A stretch of 50,373 nucleotides of DNA from Fuchsiella alkaliacetigena. Lineage in GTDB: Bacteria > Bacillota > Halanaerobiia > Halobacteroidales > Acetohalobiaceae. The DNA is taken from the NCBI RefSeq assembly GCF_023227765.1, contig NZ_JALKBZ010000019.1:1-50373 (forward strand), written 5' to 3'. The notes under the pieces are model-generated. The model was not told the origin of the DNA. It did not search any database and saw only the letters and a list, made by a program, of their open reading frames with translations. The position numbers were made by a program, and so were the translations under genes. This document shows, piece by piece, positions 47,168 through 50,373 of the stretch. How positions within the stretch are numbered: position 1 is the first letter of the stretch; every line of letters begins with the position of its first letter.

Positions 47168-50100
47168 TTAAAATTCCAAGACCAACTTTAGCTCTTTGGT
47201 TTCGAGTATAACTTGTCCTAGCTCCTCTGCATCTAGCTTATCAAGATTTAATATCAAAGTATCTATCACTTTATCATTAAATTTATGGTTTTCCTTCTTT
47301 AACTCTCCATAGATCATATCGTTTTTAAATTTATCATCTGTATCTACTTGAAGTCGGATTACTTCTTTTTCTGACTCAAAACCTAATTCTATCTCTTCTA
47401 CCTCAACCAAGCTAGGAATGCCTGTCGGAATATCATCTTCAGTTAAACCCCAATCTCTTAACTTCTGTTCTATTTCTGTCTGATGTTCCTGCGCTCTTTC
47501 TTCAGACATTTTATCACTTATTTCAATAAATTTCTTTTTAGCATGTAACCACCTAGTTCGAGGAAAGTGATGAATCCCCACTTTTTTGCTGTATAAATAA
47601 CTTAGCTGTTTCTCATACTCCACATCATTATTATAATTCAACTTACCAGGATCTATCTCTAATAACTCCTCATAATAACCAAGCAACCATTTATACTTAA
47701 TCTCTACTTTTTCATAACTTAAGCTTGCTTCTATTATATTGATATTATATCGATTCTGATCAAAAACCAATCTTTTAGTTTCATCAAAGAAGTCCCTTAC
47801 CTTTGCCTGTGATAGGTCAGCCACATTCTTTTGTGGGAAATAATCATTAGTAGCAATCAACTTAAAAAGAATCTTACACAACTCAACTTTCTGTTTCCAG
47901 TCATCTCCAAAATGTTTGCGAATAATACCATAAAATACATCTCCTAATCGCCGTTCTTGCAGCATTAAATCGAACAACCGAGTAAAGAACCAACCATCAT
48001 TCTCCTTAAATTGAGATTTAAAGTAAGAAATATTCTTTTTATAGATTACTTCAACTTTCTTTACCGCCTGAAGTTCAATATACACTTCGGCAGCTTCAAC
48101 TACCTTATCCAGTTCAAGATAGGAATTTCCCACTTTCTGTAACCTTTCTTTAGATTTCAAATCCTTATTATTTGCTTCATACTCTTTAATAACTTGCTCA
48201 TAATCCTCTAGCCGATATAAATAATCTATAGTATCAGGATAAAATGATAATTCCGTCTTAGCTCTATAATACTGCTCAGTAGCTTCAAGATCATTCTCAG
48301 CCACAAAATCTACAGTTTGTTGATACTCCCCAGCCGTATAATATAACTCAAATATTAACTCAGTAATCTCTTCTACATTATAATCAAGATAATGTCTTCC
48401 TTCATCCAGAACCTCAGCAATACTACCCAACTGCTCAGAAGGTAATTTTTCTTTTTGATCTGCTAAAGTACGGAAGAAATCCTGCTTAACCTGTTCAAAT
48501 TGCTTAGAATTTCTAACTTCCTCTTCTAATTCGTCATAGCTATCTATCAATAATTCCTTGCCTAAATCAATCTTATCAATCGACTCTTGCTCTTGGTCAA
48601 GCAACATAAACTCCGCAATCTTTTTATATCTCTTATCCAGTCTACCCGGATTACTATCATACCATTTCTTTATTTCCGTCCAATGCTCTCCTTGCCAGAA
48701 ACACTCTAGAGCCCTTTCATTCTCGCCTGACAGCCTCTGAAAGAGTTTTCCGGCCTTCAGATAGTTATACTTAAACTTATGATACCAGGCAGCACAAACC
48801 TCAGCTTCCTGGGCTTCACCTTCAGTCTCATACAGTTGCTGTGCATTCCTCAATAGAATAGGATCTTCATTTAAGATTCCCTTCTTCTTTAATTGATGAG
48901 CAACCTTTAACAAATGCTTCTCTTCCATTACCTCCGGAGACTCATCCTTCAATAAAGCAAACTCCTCTCCACTGAACCATTCAGCAAATTCTTCCGAATT
49001 CATCTCCTCTAGAGCTTCATTTTCAAAATAATCCCATAAGTACTCTCGACCAACAGTACTATCTACAATAATCAATTGCTTTTTGGCTCTAGTCAATGCT
49101 ACATACAAACGATTAATAAAGTATTCAATCTCAATCCCTGTAGTAGACTGGGTCTCCTCTACACTATTCAATAAGTCCTTTCCTAGATAATCACCAAATT
49201 TGTAAATTATCACCTTATCAAATTCTAATCCTTTAGCTGTCAAGGAAGTAAACATCCCAATTACACCATCATCAGTTAGAGTATGTTCATTCTTTTTGGC
49301 TATCCGACCTAATAACGGATCGCCTTCCACTTTTTCTGCTATTTTATCGAGACCCCCTACTGAAAAAGGCGTAATGATCACCGTATTATCAGCATATTCA
49401 ATAAACTCTTCTTCAGAAATTCCTTCTCCTACTGTAAACAAAAATAGCTTTGGTAAATCCCCTTTTCCTTCAAACCATGCTTCCTGTGGTTTAACCTGCT
49501 CTCCAAACTTCTCTTTCCTGAAAAACTGCACACGATTAGAAAAGTTAACTATTTCAGGAGCAGAGCGATAATTATAATGCAGAGTAAACTTGCTATCCTG
49601 GGTAAACTTATTCGGATTCTTTAAATTAAAGTTATTCTTCAATTCATTATATAACATTTCTTTAAAGCGATCCCACCTAAAACCAGTAGGGGTAATTGTC
49701 TGCAAAGGATCACCAGCAAAGGCAAATGGTAATACCTGAATGAAGGACTCTACTTCTCTTAAATTATACTTAGAAAAAGCCGATAGCTGTAGAATAAACT
49801 TCAATTCGATTTTGGTGAAATCTTGAGCTTCATCGCAGAAGATTGATAGATATTCCTGATCAAGAACAACTCCATCTCGATTGATATAAGAGAGAACATC
49901 TCTAACTAAATCCTGCTGATCCCACTTCCCTTCTTCTTTCAGAAAGTCCTTATAAACAGACCAAACTCGATCATAAACCAATTGATAAATCTTACTATCT
50001 ACAGTCTTATCCTTTCTGGCGATCCCTTGATACTCTTCAGGCGTCAAGTAATCATCATATCTACGTCCCTTGATATAGCTTCTAATCACATGCCAAGCAG

Positions 50101-50242
50101 TCTCTGGTGAAATCTTACTCTGAATCTGCTCTTTCCTGATCTTCTGATTAAAGAATTCCTCTTCAAACTCCTGAAATGTAATCTTATTCTCCAATTTATA
50201 GTAAGGCTTTGCTTCAGCCCTAGGCAAAATATTTAATAGCAC
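47168..50242 (-). CDS. SF1 (UvrD/Rep-like) helicase homologue with a ~640-aa alpha-helical C-terminal extension; the N-terminal motif I has decayed and no ATG start is visible before the window edge
   Basis: 1024 aa from a GTG at 50242. Helicase motifs are present: II FCDEAQDF, III FAGDPLQT, V SLTAKGLEFDKV, VI LYVALTRAKKQLIIVD. The frame stays open upstream to a TGA at 50336-50338. Where the P-loop would be it reads SKINPLLNKT, not GxxGSGKT. No ATG occurs in that stretch. Confidence 0.7.
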   Translation of the reverse strand: MLLNILPRAEAKPYYKLENKITFQEFEEEFFNQKIRKEQIQSKISPETAWHVIRSYIKGRRYDDYLTPEEYQGIARKDKTVDSKIYQLVYDRVWSVYKDFLKEEGKWDQQDLVRDVLSYINRDGVVLDQEYLSIFCDEAQDFTKIELKFILQLSAFSKYNLREVESFIQVLPFAFAGDPLQTITPTGFRWDRFKEMLYNELKNNFNLKNPNKFTQDSKFTLHYNYRSAPEIVNFSNRVQFFRKEKFGEQVKPQEAWFEGKGDLPKLFLFTVGEGISEEEFIEYADNTVIITPFSVGGLDKIAEKVEGDPLLGRIAKKNEHTLTDDGVIGMFTSLTAKGLEFDKVIIYKFGDYLGKDLLNSVEETQSTTGIEIEYFINRLYVALTRAKKQLIIVDSTVGREYLWDYFENEALEEMNSEEFAEWFSGEEFALLKDESPEVMEEKHLLKVAHQLKKKGILNEDPILLRNAQQLYETEGEAQEAEVCAAWYHKFKYNYLKAGKLFQRLSGENERALECFWQGEHWTEIKKWYDSNPGRLDKRYKKIAEFMLLDQEQESIDKIDLGKELLIDSYDELEEEVRNSKQFEQVKQDFFRTLADQKEKLPSEQLGSIAEVLDEGRHYLDYNVEEITELIFELYYTAGEYQQTVDFVAENDLEATEQYYRAKTELSFYPDTIDYLYRLEDYEQVIKEYEANNKDLKSKERLQKVGNSYLELDKVVEAAEVYIELQAVKKVEVIYKKNISYFKSQFKENDGWFFTRLFDLMLQERRLGDVFYGIIRKHFGDDWKQKVELCKILFKLIATNDYFPQKNVADLSQAKVRDFFDETKRLVFDQNRYNINIIEASLSYEKVEIKYKWLLGYYEELLEIDPGKLNYNNDVEYEKQLSYLYSKKVGIHHFPRTRWLHAKKKFIEISDKMSEERAQEHQTEIEQKLRDWGLTEDDIPTGIPSLVEVEEIELGFESEKEVIRLQVDTDDKFKNDMIYGELKKENHKFNDKVIDTLILNLDKLDAEELGQVILETKELKLVLEF

Positions 50243-50373
50243 TTCATAAAAAGTCTTAAAAGTCTTATTGAGCAGAGGATTAATCTTGCTTTTAATGGAT
50301 CTCTGACTAATGTTGTGAAGAAAAATATGTAAATTTCAAAAATAAAAATGCATTTGACCAGGCTTTCTCTAAT

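Overview
Low-GC Firmicutes chromosomal segment. The gene order rapZ-yvcK-whiA-rpoN-cggR-gap-pgk-tpiA-gpmI-eno-secG matches Bacillus/Clostridia synteny, and several proteins look Halanaerobiales-like; the organism assignment is inference only. About 1-32.5 kb is core genome, almost all on the minus strand: a truncated IS1634-family transposase stub at the window edge, a membrane H+/Na+-pyrophosphatase, secG, the complete CggR-controlled glycolytic operon, rpoN, whiA, a yvcK homologue with an unusual N-terminal membrane extension, rapZ, two PHP phosphoesterases, and a TPR protein. There is also an NDP-sugar pyrophosphorylase fused to a degenerate phosphohexomutase-like domain, then a GH57-type alpha-glucan (glycogen) cluster: GT4 synthase, GH57 branching enzyme, DUF4912, GDE-type debranching enzyme, two stand-alone CBM25-like proteins and a Glucodextran_C-like membrane protein. 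topA and spoVS close the core part. From about 32.6 kb to the window end the content is accessory or mobile-element-like. It holds a relE/phd toxin-antitoxin pair, a membrane-anchored sGDH-like beta-propeller with a long acidic Pro/Glu repeat tail, and a divergent XRE regulator pair. It also holds a Tat-lipoprotein aldo-keto reductase, an SPFH lipoprotein, an auto-inhibited Fic protein next to an AAA-ATPase/PD-(D/E)xK protein, and a decayed rep remnant. A ~3.1 kb cassette bounded by ~145-bp direct repeats of the rep 3' end carries a HEPN-like fragment, an orphan 169-aa ORF, and a DUF4411 PIN-like protein paired with an XRE-ImmA metallopeptidase. This is followed by a RepA_N-like gene, iteron-like repeats, another XRE regulator, and a 1024-aa SF1 (UvrD-like) helicase homologue whose P-loop has decayed and which is cut by the window edge. 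A heptamer-array inverted-repeat element occurs twice (21.1 kb and 35.8 kb). I found no rRNA, tRNA or CRISPR array.
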